DNA of 63,075 bases, counting the filler, from Octopus bimaculoides (Eukaryota): assembly GCF_001194135.2 (NCBI RefSeq). It is 7 parts of 6 records of this genome, joined end to end, with 100 filler letters (N's around TTAATTAATTAA, not from the genome) between each part and the next. Parts side by side here need not be neighbours in the genome. Positions count along the whole stretch, not along the records: positions 8,992 to 24,872 come from NC_068986.1; 6 more parts are not named here. One strand, written 5' to 3'. This document shows, in pieces, positions 10,094 to 22,386 of this stretch (position 1 is the stretch's first letter; each line of letters begins with the position of its first letter). The translations under genes and the position numbers were made by a program. The notes under the pieces were generated by a model. That model saw only the letters and a list, made by a program, of their open reading frames with translations. It made no database searches and had not been told where the DNA came from.

Positions 10094-11593
10094 CGTTTGT
10101 GTGTGGTTGTGTGCATGTGTATACGTGCATGAGCGCTCTCGTGTGTATTTGCATGATTTCGCTTTTTCTTGTCCAGAATATGAATGAATACCATACATAG
10201 TCTTTCTTTATTACGTTTGTACAAGATACAGTTTAGGTGGGCGGAGATCATCGTCAATTAAATCTCTTGAGTACTTAAATCGTACTTATTTTATCTTCTG
10301 AAAGAAAAAAATGAAAAATAATCAGCAATGATAGAAATTATATATAACATAGCGTCATAGTCACAAATGTCTGAAGGCGTTTCATTCACTTTAATTGACC
10401 AGATCACTCGAGTGGTACTTGTTTCATTGATCTTCGACGGATGAAAAAAGCTACAAGAATCCTGATTAAAATGTCTGAGAATAAAATTGATATCCAAAAC
10501 AACAATTTCTATATATTTTTGGAACATTACATTATTTTTATCCTTTTAATTTCATTACACTAGATTTCAATAAAATGTTTAAAAAATTTAGTAACATAGC
10601 AGAAAGCTATTCTGAACTTTTACTCAATATCAGTTGAAAAGACAAGTAAGGAGATTTCGTATCAACTTTTCATTTATAGTTTGTGAAGGCGAAAGAGAGA
10701 AATAATGAAAAATATTCCTATACGAAGGCTTGCACTTGAAAAGGGAAACTGAAACCTTTGAAAATTATTCAACTCCTTGTTAGATCTCGACCAAATGATA
10801 ATGAGATAATCCTTTGACGCGACTCTGGACTATGACGTCATAAATGATATTTATTATGTGGTTTTTCCTCAATAATTTATGGGAATATGAAGACATTAAA
10901 AGTCGGGATTCCATTTGACGAACTGGTATTCTTCAGGCACTTCAGATATTTTTCACGCGTTGTGTCTTGGAAAAGCATATTTTCAGCACGCTAAATGCCG
11001 TGTAGTAGAAAAATCTGTAACTCTGATAAAGGAAAAATTGATCTTGTAGGTCCATAATCGAAGGCGACCCATCTGTAAACATTCATTTCTTTCCCAGGTA
11101 AGTAAATCTAGGACTGCATCGTATTCTTCTGTCTTTCCTTCTTCGCCATAGTAGGTACCATGAAGAAGAGATTTCGTAGTTACTAGTTTACAACGATCAC
11201 GCAGAGGCTCCCTAGTTAACTCAGAATCCACAAGTATTTGTTAGAAATGAGCTGCATGAAAGTTAGGAAAGTTAATAAAATTCCTTCTTTAAGGCATAAT
11301 GTGATGGAGATTGGCAGCTATCCTTAACAAGTAGAGCGACCGTTTTCAGGTCCCTTAGTTAGCTGAAAAGCCAGAACTCTTTGGTGAAGGTAAGATAAAG
11401 AAAACTTAGGAATGTTAATGAATTTAACGTGATAACAATATTAAAAATAAACATGGATACTTAAAACGAAAAAACAAACCCCAAACATGGGATTCATTGA
11501 TAAGTGCGTATTTTTCAAGATATAAATACAAACACACTCTCTTGCTTGCCTAAGGTTTTCTACCAAATCTGATTTTCTTTTATTTGTGGCTGC

Positions 11594-11814
11594 AAATTTT
11601 GGTACAGAGCCAGAAGTCTTTTTTTTTTCCTTATTTGAGGTGTGGGGAAATAGATTGCATCAACCCTTGTACTTAATTGCTATTTTATTTTATCGACCCC
11701 GAAAGGATGAAAAGCAAAGTCGACCTCGGAGGAATTTGAACTTAGAACCTAAAGACGGACGAAATGTTGCTAAGCATTTTGTCCACTATGCTAACGGCTT
11801 TGCCAGCTCGCCGC
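11594..11814 (-). mobile_element. tRNA-derived SINE (AAGGCGGCGAGCTGGCAG family)
   Basis: Minus-strand head GCGGCGAGCTGGCAAAGCCGTTAGC and B-box-like GTTCAAATTCC. Related copies at 12250-12460 (+), 32990-33190 (+), 52935-53092 (-) and 53330-53535 (-). Confidence 0.75.
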
Positions 11815-12630
11815 GTTACTGTACCCTATGTATAATGCATTCAGTTTCAGTCATGGACCAAATATGTAACTACTGACTTGGAGATGTCAGTTATAACACT
11901 GTATGGGTGTCTCTTTTTCGGTTCTGCAGGTTGTACAGCGTGTTTCTTTCTTCGTCAGTTTTAGCGGCACCTAACTTCTTACACTCTTAAAATGTTCAAT
12001 GCTAGTCTTCTTTAAAAATATCTTTAATTAGTCTTTGCTTCACACATCTATTTATTCTTTCTTTTTCATTTGGTACTACAACTACGTGTTCCTTATAATG
12101 TGGCCAACACAATATGAGAGACACGAGGCAGATTTGCAGACTGCAAAGTTCGAGCCATCATAACTAATACTTCAATAGTGTGAATGTGATGTTGGTTATA
12201 TTGGCTTAACAGAGGATTTTTATGTGCATAATCCTATCTCACCAAAGTACTTGGCAAAATTGTTACCGCACCAAGCAAAAAATGCTTAGCAGCATTCCGC
12301 TGTTTTTTTTTTACGGTCAGAGGTCAAATTCCGCCGGGATCGACTTTATCTTTCATTCTTTCGGGGTCGTGAAAATAAACACCAATTGTTCACTTGGGTC
12401 GATCTAATCGACTTAAATCCTTCCCTGAAATTTCTGATCTTGTGCCAAAATTTTAAACCATTATCAGAGGCTCCAGTAGTGCATGTTATCAAATTTTAGA
12501 ATAAGAATGAATTAGTTAGGTTTGTCAAATATTCAACGAACTATTTACATTCAATTATTGATGTAGATACATTTACAAAAATGCATACATACGTACATAC
12601 ATACATACATACATACAAACATACATACAT

Positions 12631-13296
12631 TTGTTATCGACCGGCTTGAACTCTCTCAAGAAGAACTTAAATAGAAATTAATGAAAATTCACACATACAT
12701 ACAACAAGGAAACCTCCCTATGCGATTCGATGTTGTTGAAACAAAATACAATGCGATTCGGAAAAAGACTGTCCTGGAATAAATACTGAGAAATCCCCTG
12801 TTATTGAATACATACACAAACATCCACACAAATATTGGTAGCACATTCTCATCAAAACATCTGTCAGGCCGGATATTGTTGTTTGGTAATTTGGTACAGA
12901 CAAGAAACAGTATATACCATCATAGAGGTCAACTCCCCAGCTGATTTGAATATCGTTTTGGAGATCAAGTAAAAGAGGATAACTGACAACTGTTCCGAAT
13001 TCTCCAGTTCTTATATCCAGATTATAAATTCACATTTATAGCAATAATAATTGGTACACTTGGTTTTGTAAGTAAATGCCTAAGTGACAACCTGGATAAG
13101 ATGGGGTTTTCGGAAAAGAAATCAGCCAGCTAATCGCACCTTACAAATACAATCTGTAGTGGGACGGTAAAAATATGCAAGACTTTTCTCAAGTTTAAAA
13201 CGTGACTTTGTTTTTGTTATCTACATTTTTGTATGTTTGTTATAAACCAACTCCTTCCTCAGTGGACGAATTCAAATAATTAGAATCAGAAGAGAA
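12631..13296 (+). mobile_element. R4-clade RLE 3' end between two (CATA)n arrays
   Basis: YNAIRKKDCPG, RPDIVVW and IEVNSPADLNI (PD..E endonuclease motif), then YPDYKFTFIAIIIGTLG. Ends GAAGAGAA|CATACAT, the same junction as the copy ending at 1470. Confidence 0.75.
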
Positions 13297-13370
13297 CATA
13301 CATACATATGTATGTTTACACACACAGATACCCATCGATCCAACAATCCTATCTATCCATTCATCCGTCC

Positions 13371-13371
<1 letters not shown>

Positions 13372-13401
<30 letters not shown>

Positions 13402-13558
13402 CAAACATACATGCATACATACATACATACATACATACATACAAACATACATACATACATAAATACATACATACATACATACAAACATACACACATACAT
13501 ACATACATACATACATACATACATACATACATACATACATACATACATACATACATAC
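13372..13558. repeat. (CATA)n microsatellite; other CATA/CA arrays at 12583-12630, 16078-16160 and 21795-21910
   Basis: Directly visible tetranucleotide repeat. Confidence 0.95.
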
Positions 13559-14089
13559 GTAATGGTAACCGTTGTGGTCAGTCCAATACTCGGACATGTG
13601 TAATTACTGTTCATATGAAGGCAACATACGAAATATTGGAAAAGTTGAGCTACGGAGTGCGGTAAGATTACTTACAAATATTTCTACATACGTGTTTTGA
13701 ACATTACATGTATTGCAGCAATTCTATATACACGATACGTACATCTTAATACATTTATATAAACACAACGCTGTAACATTTACATACATAAAGAAATGTC
13801 AAGTAACTTTTCAAAACAAATCACGAAAAAGAAACACACTACTCCATTTGTACATTTAATGAAATTGTAGAATTAAAAATAACCTGAAAGGAAAAATTAA
13901 TCAAGCTGTGAACAACTTTAAATTTAATTCTGACAAAACTTTATCGAAACTTTTAAAGAAAATCATTGTCTGTTTTGAAAAATAAATACAAATATCAGTG
14001 AATAGACAAAATCATTATGACTAAACGTGTAAGTCTCCTTCAACCTAACAGTGACTACAGTTATTGTATATTATGGGCGTACGACCTTA

Positions 14090-16075
14090 ACAAATATTTA
14101 TATGAAGCATACATATAATCTGACCATAAAAATGTTTGGTTTTATACAAAAGTTAAGAATTTGTGGAACTCCAAACATACAGAATTAGATTTTCCCTCCA
14201 AACATTAAAATGAACAACTAAAACGTATTATCAGATGTAAATTGATACATCTAACAGAAATGTCCGATTTAAAGCAGGCAAGCACTAAAAAGCCTGCCGT
14301 TGAAGATAATCATCCCACTTCAAGGGAAGAACAGATAGAACGGTTAGTTAAAGTTAGCAGTAAACAACACAACCACAATTTAATTGAAATCCATGCCTAT
14401 ACTATACAAACAAGAGGACCAGAAACCTGTGGACGCCTTACAAGTGATCTGGGATGGTATGTTTCAACAGGTCCACAACCTTAATTTGAATGACAGGCCA
14501 TATAACACCAGTATAAGTAAAGAACCCAGTAAATTAGAATTAGAGGCAGTAAACGAAATAACAAACAAATATCTGAAGACCACAGAGTCTAGACGTATGA
14601 ACACAACCTACGCAACCATTAATCTTTTGGTATATGTTTCAGTTGTCACATTACTAGCGTCTCGCAAATAGCTGAAACCACGCAATCGAGATTCAAGCAG
14701 AAAGCCTGAACCAGCATGGGCACGTAACTTAAAAAGTAAAATTTTATTCCTGTGAAAAAGTATTTCACCGATCATTGTAGTTTTGAAATGTAACACAGAG
14801 AACAAATTCACACGGCATCAGAAATACCTCAGAAAAAAAAAAAAAACTAGAGAAGCGATTTGGTGCTGCAGGGTTTAAAAACCTAAACTCCAAACTGCAT
14901 CAGCTAAAAAAATAATTCAGAACTACAGCTGAAAAACTAAAATATAAATCTACAGCATCTAAACGGCAAATGCTCAACAAATTATTTTCCAGAGATCCCG
15001 ATTCAGTTTATCAGTTTCAATGCAAAAGGCTCAATTTCTGTAAAAGACGTCCTGACAAACGATCAGGTTGAGGTCAACTGGAAATCTGTATGGGCAATAA
15101 ATGATGAATTCACCAAACAAGCTGTTCGACTAAAAGAACTGGTGCAGAATTACTATCAGCATAGCTAGCAAAATCAGTATGAAATAGACGACGAAATACT
15201 AAAAACAATTGCAGTGTGGAAGGTGCTTATAAGCCATTTAAAAACACACAAAAACCGTTCGATTCACTTCAACATTTAAATTTAATTTGTCAAAATATTT
15301 TCGTCGCTTTGAGACCGTGACCTGTTCACTGACAAAATTCCGTGCTGAAGTGAATCTAACGGATTTTGTGTGTTTTTAAATGGCTTATAAACACCATCCG
15401 CGCTGCAGTTGTTTTTGTTTCAGCACACGATCTCAGATCAGGTCATTTGCAATACAAGCACATCTCCGTAATACTAAAAACAGTTCTACAGAAAATGTCA
15501 AACAGGAAATCTCCAGTCCAGACCTCATAACCGGTTACTGGCAGAAGTATTTCATCTTTTCATCGGCGAGATCTCATACGACTGTATGGAGAAAGTATCA
15601 AGGGCAGACAAGAACTGTCCCAATCGTCATCAACAGCGACTTCTCTTCTCATTCCCCAAAATAACCAAATTGCACTTGCTAAATTTACCACCCAGTAGTC
15701 TGCCAGAATATCGGAATTGTACAAATTATACACTGAGTGCCCCAAACCGTCCATGCAAGATCATTGTCTCACCAACAACAGCACAACACCTGAGCAAACT
15801 GGAAAAATGTGGGGCTGTATACAGCAGCTACAATTTAACAAAAAGGATCCAGGAAAAAAGTAAAGCATCACAGGAAATTAATAATAGCGTGGTTGGACTA
15901 CCAGAAGGCTTTTGATAATATACAATAAAGTTAGCTTATCAGGACCTGTTCTTGAACGCATGACCAAAAGTTGGTACACCACTTGGGTGTGATAAGAAAC
16001 AAATTGAGTCGGATAGCATTCACTACCCAAAAAGCTATCTTTCAGCGTGACGGTCTGTTGTTGCCCTTCGTCCAC
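14090..16075 (+). mobile_element. Decayed R4-clade element, N-terminal region and RT domains, 3'-truncated into (CATA)n
   Basis: PAWARNLKSKI, QVEVNWKSVW, MQDHCLTNN, GKMWGCIQQL, KLIIAWLDYQKAFDNI and KAIFQRDGL (GIFQGD motif) in shifting frames. Confidence 0.7.
15195..15421. mobile_element. Near-palindromic MITE-like insertion with ~76-bp arms inside the R4 element
   Basis: 15195-15271 is an imperfect reverse complement of 15346-15421 (core TAAGCCATTTAAAA.ACACA...GATTCACTTCA). Confidence 0.7.
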
Positions 16076-16268
16076 TCGTACATACATGCATGCACACGTA
16101 CATACATACATACATATATACATACATACATACATACATACATACATGCGTACATGCATGCAAATCACAGCCGTCATTTAAGTGAGAATAACACAGTGTG
16201 TACCATGGTTTCGCTAACTGTTTAAGATGCCTATATAGTTGCAGGCAAACTCAGGCACCCACATGATA

Positions 16269-16307
<39 letters not shown>

Positions 16308-17089
16308 ATCCTCTCTGTGTGACTGTACTTACATGTATTTGTCTATAGTCTGTTGACTCTAATCCAGTATGTGTATATCGTACATAATATCGATTTATTA
16401 CATTTGAAGAAGACCAGTTTTAGTTGGGCTGAAGTCATCTTCAATTAAATCCACTTGAGTATTTGAATCGTACTTATTTCATCTTCTGTCAAAGAAACAG
16501 AACATATAAAAACAACCAGCAATAATAGAGATTATTTATATAGTCTTGTAACCAGAAATTTTTCAAGGAATGTTTATTTGCTATAATCGACCAAACTACT
16601 CGAGTGATGCTTACTTTATTGATCTCGAACGGATGAAAAAAATTACAGACATCTTGATTAAATGTCTTAGAAGATGAATGATGTCCAAACAACAATTTCT
16701 AAGTATTTTTGGAGAATTCAATATTTTTTTCTCTTTTAATTTTGTTTTCTCATTCGAGTTCAATAAAATTTGAACAAAATGTATTAAGATAGTTGAAATC
16801 TAATCTGAAAAATTTACTTACTCAGCAGGACTTTTGCGAAGATAGCTGAATATCAGTTTAAAAGGCATGAATGTGTTTCCAATGTACTTCGTTGATAATT
16901 TAGGAATATACTGTAGTATGCAGAAGAGCAGGAAATAACTTAAGAGATTTCTGTACGAGGGTTTGCATTTCAAACAAGGAATTGGAAGCTATTTACTTCT
17001 TCGTTAGCACTGCAAATAAATGAGATACTTCCTGTAACGACACTCTGAAGTATGATGTCAGGAATGATATTCATCGTCTGGATTTTTCT

Positions 17090-17760
17090 AATAACTGATA
17101 ACAAAGCCAAATCTTATCCATGGAAGTGAAGACGTTACAGAGTCGAGTTTTCACTTGTACTGTTATTCTTCAAAAACTTCTGATATTACGTTCGTATTAG
17201 GTATCGTATACCATATAGATTCATAACGTTGGTAGAGTGTCTGTGCTGTTTAATACTTAGCCCCGCATCAGTCTTGGTCTGGCAGTCCACTGAAAGAAGG
17301 CAACGTAACGGTGATCATCAGTGTACCTAAAACTATATCAGAATCCTATACGGCCATCCTTCTTCAGTACCGTAAGTCTCCTGAGGGAGATTTCACTGCT
17401 ACTTCTAACATACCGAACGAATAGTGGAGGTTTCCTTCGTTAACTTGACGGCCACAAATGCTCCTTAGAGACGAGCTGAATAAAAGTCCGGAGAGTTAAT
17501 GAATTTGAAGAGCGGAAATAAAAGCTGACAAGGATCTCTTGCCCCAAGGAACATCGGAAATGATATTTAACACAATGACAAAATACAAAACTATAAGTCG
17601 GTATTTAAAATAAAGAAACACTGATAATAGAGAGAATAAAACTACACTAACAGCCCAGAATGGAATAGCAACAAGTTCATAACATCGCACTTTGAAGGCT
17701 GCTCCATGAAATCCAGGAGCTATAAATCGTCAATTATAACATTCTTTGAAGGAATATCGG
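17090..17760 (-). pseudogene. Speculative decayed transmembrane-TIR (Toll-like) receptor C-terminal region within block B
   Basis: One minus frame with several stops reads Cys-containing segment, hydrophobic LVAIPFWAVSVVLFSLLSVFL, YFKYRLIVLY, GKRSLSAFIS, and later D*CGAKY*TAQ. Motifs are not confirmed in the paralogous blocks. Confidence 0.25.
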
Positions 17761-18199
17761 CTAGTGACAAAAGGACAATTTAATCCGAGATATACTAAAG
17801 AAATATACCTTTGATAATAGATCTGTTCAATGGAAACTAATCTTAAAATGAATAACATTTGTCATTCTGTCTCTTACGGATAGTTTTATAAGTTATGAGA
17901 ACTTTGTGATAATATAAAACATTTTAACATTTCAAAGTCGGTGTTCCTTGCTCTACACNNNNNNNNNNNNNNNNNNNNNNNNNNNNNNNNNNNNNNNNNN
18001 NNNNNNNNNNNNNNNNNNNNNNNNNNNNNNNNNNNNNNNNNNNNNNNNNNNNNNNNNNNNNNNNNNNNNNNCACACACACACACACACACACAACATACA
18101 CACACACACACACACACACACAACATACACACACATACAATACACATACACAAATAACACACACTTTGCTTAAGGTTGCCTATATATGACTACGATCAT

Positions 18200-18700
18200 C
18201 ATTATTTTTGATATCTGGAACTTCTGGTAACTGAACATTACAATCCGAATAGCTTCGGTCGTAGACAGGACATATAAATGGTAGCATAGGGAGATCAAGT
18301 GTGATACTGTATGAATAATATAATCATGCCTATTTTCTCGCTTTTCTGAGTGTATATTTTCTTCCTTTTCTTCGGTATTCTTTGAACACTGAGACTGACG
18401 AATTAAGTGACGCTTAGTGATGCTCTTTCTCTCTTGAAGTCTTAGTGCTGCGCCTCTTTAAAATAATCTTTAGTTGAATTTGATTCCCTTCTTATATCTT
18501 GCAGTTAATTGTTTGTCATAGTGTAACTGTCCGTAGAAAATTTTACACGTGAGACTCGAATTTGATATGGGTAATGCATGTCCAAGCCATCTCAGTTTGA
18601 TGTCTGTATAGTGTGGTTTCAGAGTGTGGTGGAGAATTTCTCCGTTCCTGGGTTCCGTGGAGAAGGGAGGTAACTCTTTGTAAAGTAACGTTCAGAAATT
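18200..18700 (-). mobile_element. Decayed RTE (BovB-like) 3' end
   Basis: Minus-strand IKLRWLGHALP...KIFYGQLHYDKQ...RYKKGIK, followed by a terminal zinc-knuckle-like remnant. Confidence 0.6.
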
Positions 18701-18818
18701 GTTTGTCTCCCTTTCATCCATTGATCATAAAAAAAAAGAAATATTGCTTTTAATATTTGATTCACGTCTTTGAAAGTTTTTAAAAATATTTATTTCCGGT
18801 TTTCTAGCGTCAGTGACA

Positions 18819-20568
18819 TCTATATCTTTCTATCTATATCTCTCTATCCATCTCCCTCTATCTATCTCTATCTCTCCATATCTCTCTATCCATCTCTTTC
18901 TTTGTATCTTTCTCTCACTTAGTATCTATTTGTCTATATCTTATCTATCTATCTCATTTGTCTAACTAGCTACCTCTCTCTCTCCCTCTCTCTATATCTC
19001 ACTCACTCTCTTGTTTTCACTTTCATTTTTCAGACGCTATTGTTTTCACTTTAAGTTCAATCGCTATTGTTTTCACTGTGAGTTTTCAATCGCTATTTAC
19101 AAACAACAACGACAAATTACTGACAAAAAGAAGTTCACAATTACTGATGAAAGTAATTTCATACATAATTTATTGACAGAAGTAACTTCATAAATTTCAC
19201 TTCAATCTGTACACTTCGTTAAATTTGCCTATAAATTTCTTATTTACTTTTGCAACGTTTTGTGTTTTTTGTTGTTGGCGGAATTACTGATAAAAGTAAG
19301 TTCATAATTTACTGTCAGATGTAACTTTAAAAAATTTCACTAAAATCCGTACATTTAGTTAATTTCCCTAAAAATCTCCTATTTACTTTTGAAACGGTTT
19401 TGCGTTTTTCTGTAGTTAACGGCTTTTTTCTGGTTCCTTCGATACTGGCCCTTTGATTCACTGACAAATTTCGCTTCAACCTGTACAATTCTTTATTTTC
19501 CGTAAAAAATTTCTTATTTACTTTCTGTCCATCGTACTAAAAAATATAATTTCTGTTACCAAGTTATTTTCATTGTTTACTATATTCTGCACCCGTGTGT
19601 ATCATGCTTAGAAGGGAAGTGTCAAACCTGTCTACAATGTCAAGGTTAGCTAAAAGAATGTCTCTGTATCTTTCTCTGGCTTAGTATTTATAACCAGGCT
19701 TAGAAGGGAAGTGTCAAATCTGTCTACAATGACAAGGTTAGCCAAAAGAATGTGTTTGTCCAGGGAAAGAGAGACAGCTGCAGAAAGGGAAGCATACCAA
19801 GAAACTAACAGAATGTGCACTACAAAAGCCAGAGCATCTCAAAGTGATTAACAGAGGTATGCACGGCTGACAAGGAACGAAGAGCATTTGCAACACCTCA
19901 GAGAAGCAACTTCTATGAAGCAGCTTTCAATTATGATCCAGCAGTTTATTATGCAGATGACAATAGTGTTTCCATTAGTGCAATGATAACTGCGTGCATA
20001 CATTGTAAAGCAAGGAAGTGGCCTGAAGAGACACCTGCACTGTGCTGCAGTGGTGGAAAGGTTAAACTCCCTGCAGTCACCCAACCTCCAGAGCCATTGA
20101 AGAAACTATTGTCATCAACTGACCAAGATTCCAAGCACTTCCAAAAAAAATTAGACAATACAACGCTGCACTAGAGATTACATCATTTGGAGCCACAAGA
20201 GATTTAATTGGATTCATGCAAACTTTCAAGATCAAAGGTCAGATTTATCATCGGATTGGCTCTCTACTACCACTGTCAAAATGAATCACCAAAATCGGCC
20301 TTTAATTGTATATAATCTGTATTTGTTTTTGATTATGAAATAAGCTGCACAAAACGTGTTTTTGAATTACTTTATATACATATATGAGTTGAAAACTTTC
20401 TTTTAACATTGCACGTTACGTTTATGTTCCATGCTGGATGGATTGGAGAGTTATTAATCTAGAAAGTTGGTAACCCAGCTACTAGCAGTTGAGACCTGCG
20501 TAATCTAGATGGCATTTTAAAATTTCATTATCCTCTTTAACCAGGGCAACGCCGGGTATTTCTGCTAC
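18819..20568 (+). mobile_element. Helitron, internally deleted, retaining the Rep N-terminal fragment (~19920-20280)
   Basis: CIHCKARKWPEETPALCCSGGKVKLP...PPEPLKKLL...ITSFGA...TFKIKGQIYHRIGSLLP. 5' end A|TC; 3' end CCAGGGCAACGCCGGG hairpin plus TATTTCTGCTAC|T (CTAG mutated). Confidence 0.85.
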
Positions 20569-20960
20569 TGTCTATATATTTCATATGAATTTGATCAGCT
20601 TTTCTATACAATTTTTCATTGTAAAATTTTGTAGTTATTGCTTCAGCCCATCGAATGTTGAAATTTTACGCAAATTTGCATTTTTACTCGCTCCAATGTG
20701 TAGATGGATATGTTACGAAACTCTGAAATGAAAATTGATTAATCTGTCAAAATTTCAGAACACAGGAAGTCAATACTATGTAATTAGATATAATGTAGAA
20801 AACTTGAGCTTAATGTATACAATGGGAGTTCCATATTACGAGACTTATGTTCACAATAGATACAATTTCTATATTTCGTAAGAAGGATACTCGGTCAGTG
20901 GCGTAGCAAGGGTGAGTGGATGCGAAGGAACGGTCTACTTTGGGCGACTCTTTTAGTTAA

Positions 20961-21136
20961 ACCTTGCATTCATATAGATTTGTAAAATTAAAGATTCATT
21001 ATTATTCTCATTACATACGGGATCGTCACTTTTTGGTCTTCTATATAAGCCTGTATAAGCTTGGCAGCTGGCGGGTAAAAGTGACAGCAAATTGAACGGC
21101 TGTCCCAGGCGGCTCATACTGTAACTACATATCCTT

Positions 21137-21176
<40 letters not shown>

Positions 21177-21488
21177 CTACGTCACAGTATCCAGTTTTCA
21201 AGCACCGTAATTTTGTAGAAGATATAACAACTGTTACGTTAACCAAGGCAGACTCCTGTCATAGTCGCTGTCTGATTCGTCTTACACTCCTTTAATAACA
21301 GAGTTGTTAATTAAACTGTTACTTTCTGTGTCTCGCTGAGATAATAAAATTCCATCTCATTGAAGTTAACAGCGTGAAATCCCTTTAGTACTAGAAGCGA
21401 ATTGCAAGTTACTAAGAACTCATGGGATGCATATGTAATGAAAATAATAATGAATCTCTAATTCTACAAATCTACATGAATGTAACGT
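20961..21488. mobile_element. MITE-like element with ~62-bp terminal inverted repeats and an internal (GT)n
   Basis: CATTCATATAGATTTGTAAAATTAAAGATTCATTATTATTCTCATTACATA (from 20967) is an imperfect reverse complement of 21432-21482. Confidence 0.65.
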
Positions 21489-21828
21489 ATATTGAATTAT
21501 TGCTGAGGTATTGGAGGTCACCCGCGGCCAATCAGACATATGATTAAAAGCGATCCAAATGTGATTGTAGTTATTCCATTATAGTACACAGCAACAACTA
21601 CGTAACTAACCCCCGTGGGTATGTTGTGATACGTTGGAGATTTTTCTTTCGTATAGATTTTTGGAGACGTTCTCAACAAGCGACTTCAACCTTTAACACG
21701 AGAAGGTACAAGTTGGGATTGTTAAACTTTCAAAGATCTATTCCCATTCAACACATATTTGCATGAACTTTTTAATGTAGATACGTGTACGCTCATACAT
21801 ACATACATACATACATACATACATACAA

Positions 21829-21885
<57 letters not shown>

Positions 21886-22064
21886 TACACACATACACAC
21901 ACACACACATATCGATCCCTCGATTCATTCATCCATCTATAAAAAATACATAAATTATTACTTACATACCAACATAGATATATAAACATATATACATACA
22001 CACACACACCAAACATAAATCCTTTAGTGTGTGTGCGTGTATGTGTGCGCGCGTGTATGCGTGC

Positions 22065-22105
<41 letters not shown>

Positions 22106-22198
22106 CATTTACACGTATTTGTCTATGTTGTCTTTTGACCAGAATATTGTGAATATGGTGCACAATATTGATTTATTGCATCGATACAAGACCACAGT

Positions 22199-22386
22199 AT
22201 TAAGGCGGCGAGCTGGCAGAAACGTTAGCACGCCAGACGAAATGCTTACGTTCTGAGTTCAAATTCCACCGAGGTTGACTTTGCCTTTCATCCTTTCAGG
22301 GTCGATAAATTAAGTACCAGTTGCGTACTGGGTCGATCTAATCGACTGGCCCCCAAATTTCGGGCCTTGTGCCTAGAGTAGAAAAG
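22199..22386 (+). mobile_element. tRNA-derived SINE with a 16-bp target-site duplication
   Basis: A box TGGCAGAAACGTTAG and B box GTTCAAATTCC. TSD GATACAAGACCACAGT (22183-22198) / GATACAAGTCCACAGT (22387-22402). Confidence 0.85.

Noticed and set aside
10983-11231. 82-aa ORF in block A
   Set aside because: Starts at GTG, and the homologous frame in block B has several stops. Not supportable as a gene.
13240-13665. ORFs of MYVC, HTYI, poly-L, poly-Y, poly-N or poly-S type here and at 21.7, 24.6, 25.9, 27.7 and 59-63 kb
   Set aside because: Translations of microsatellites.
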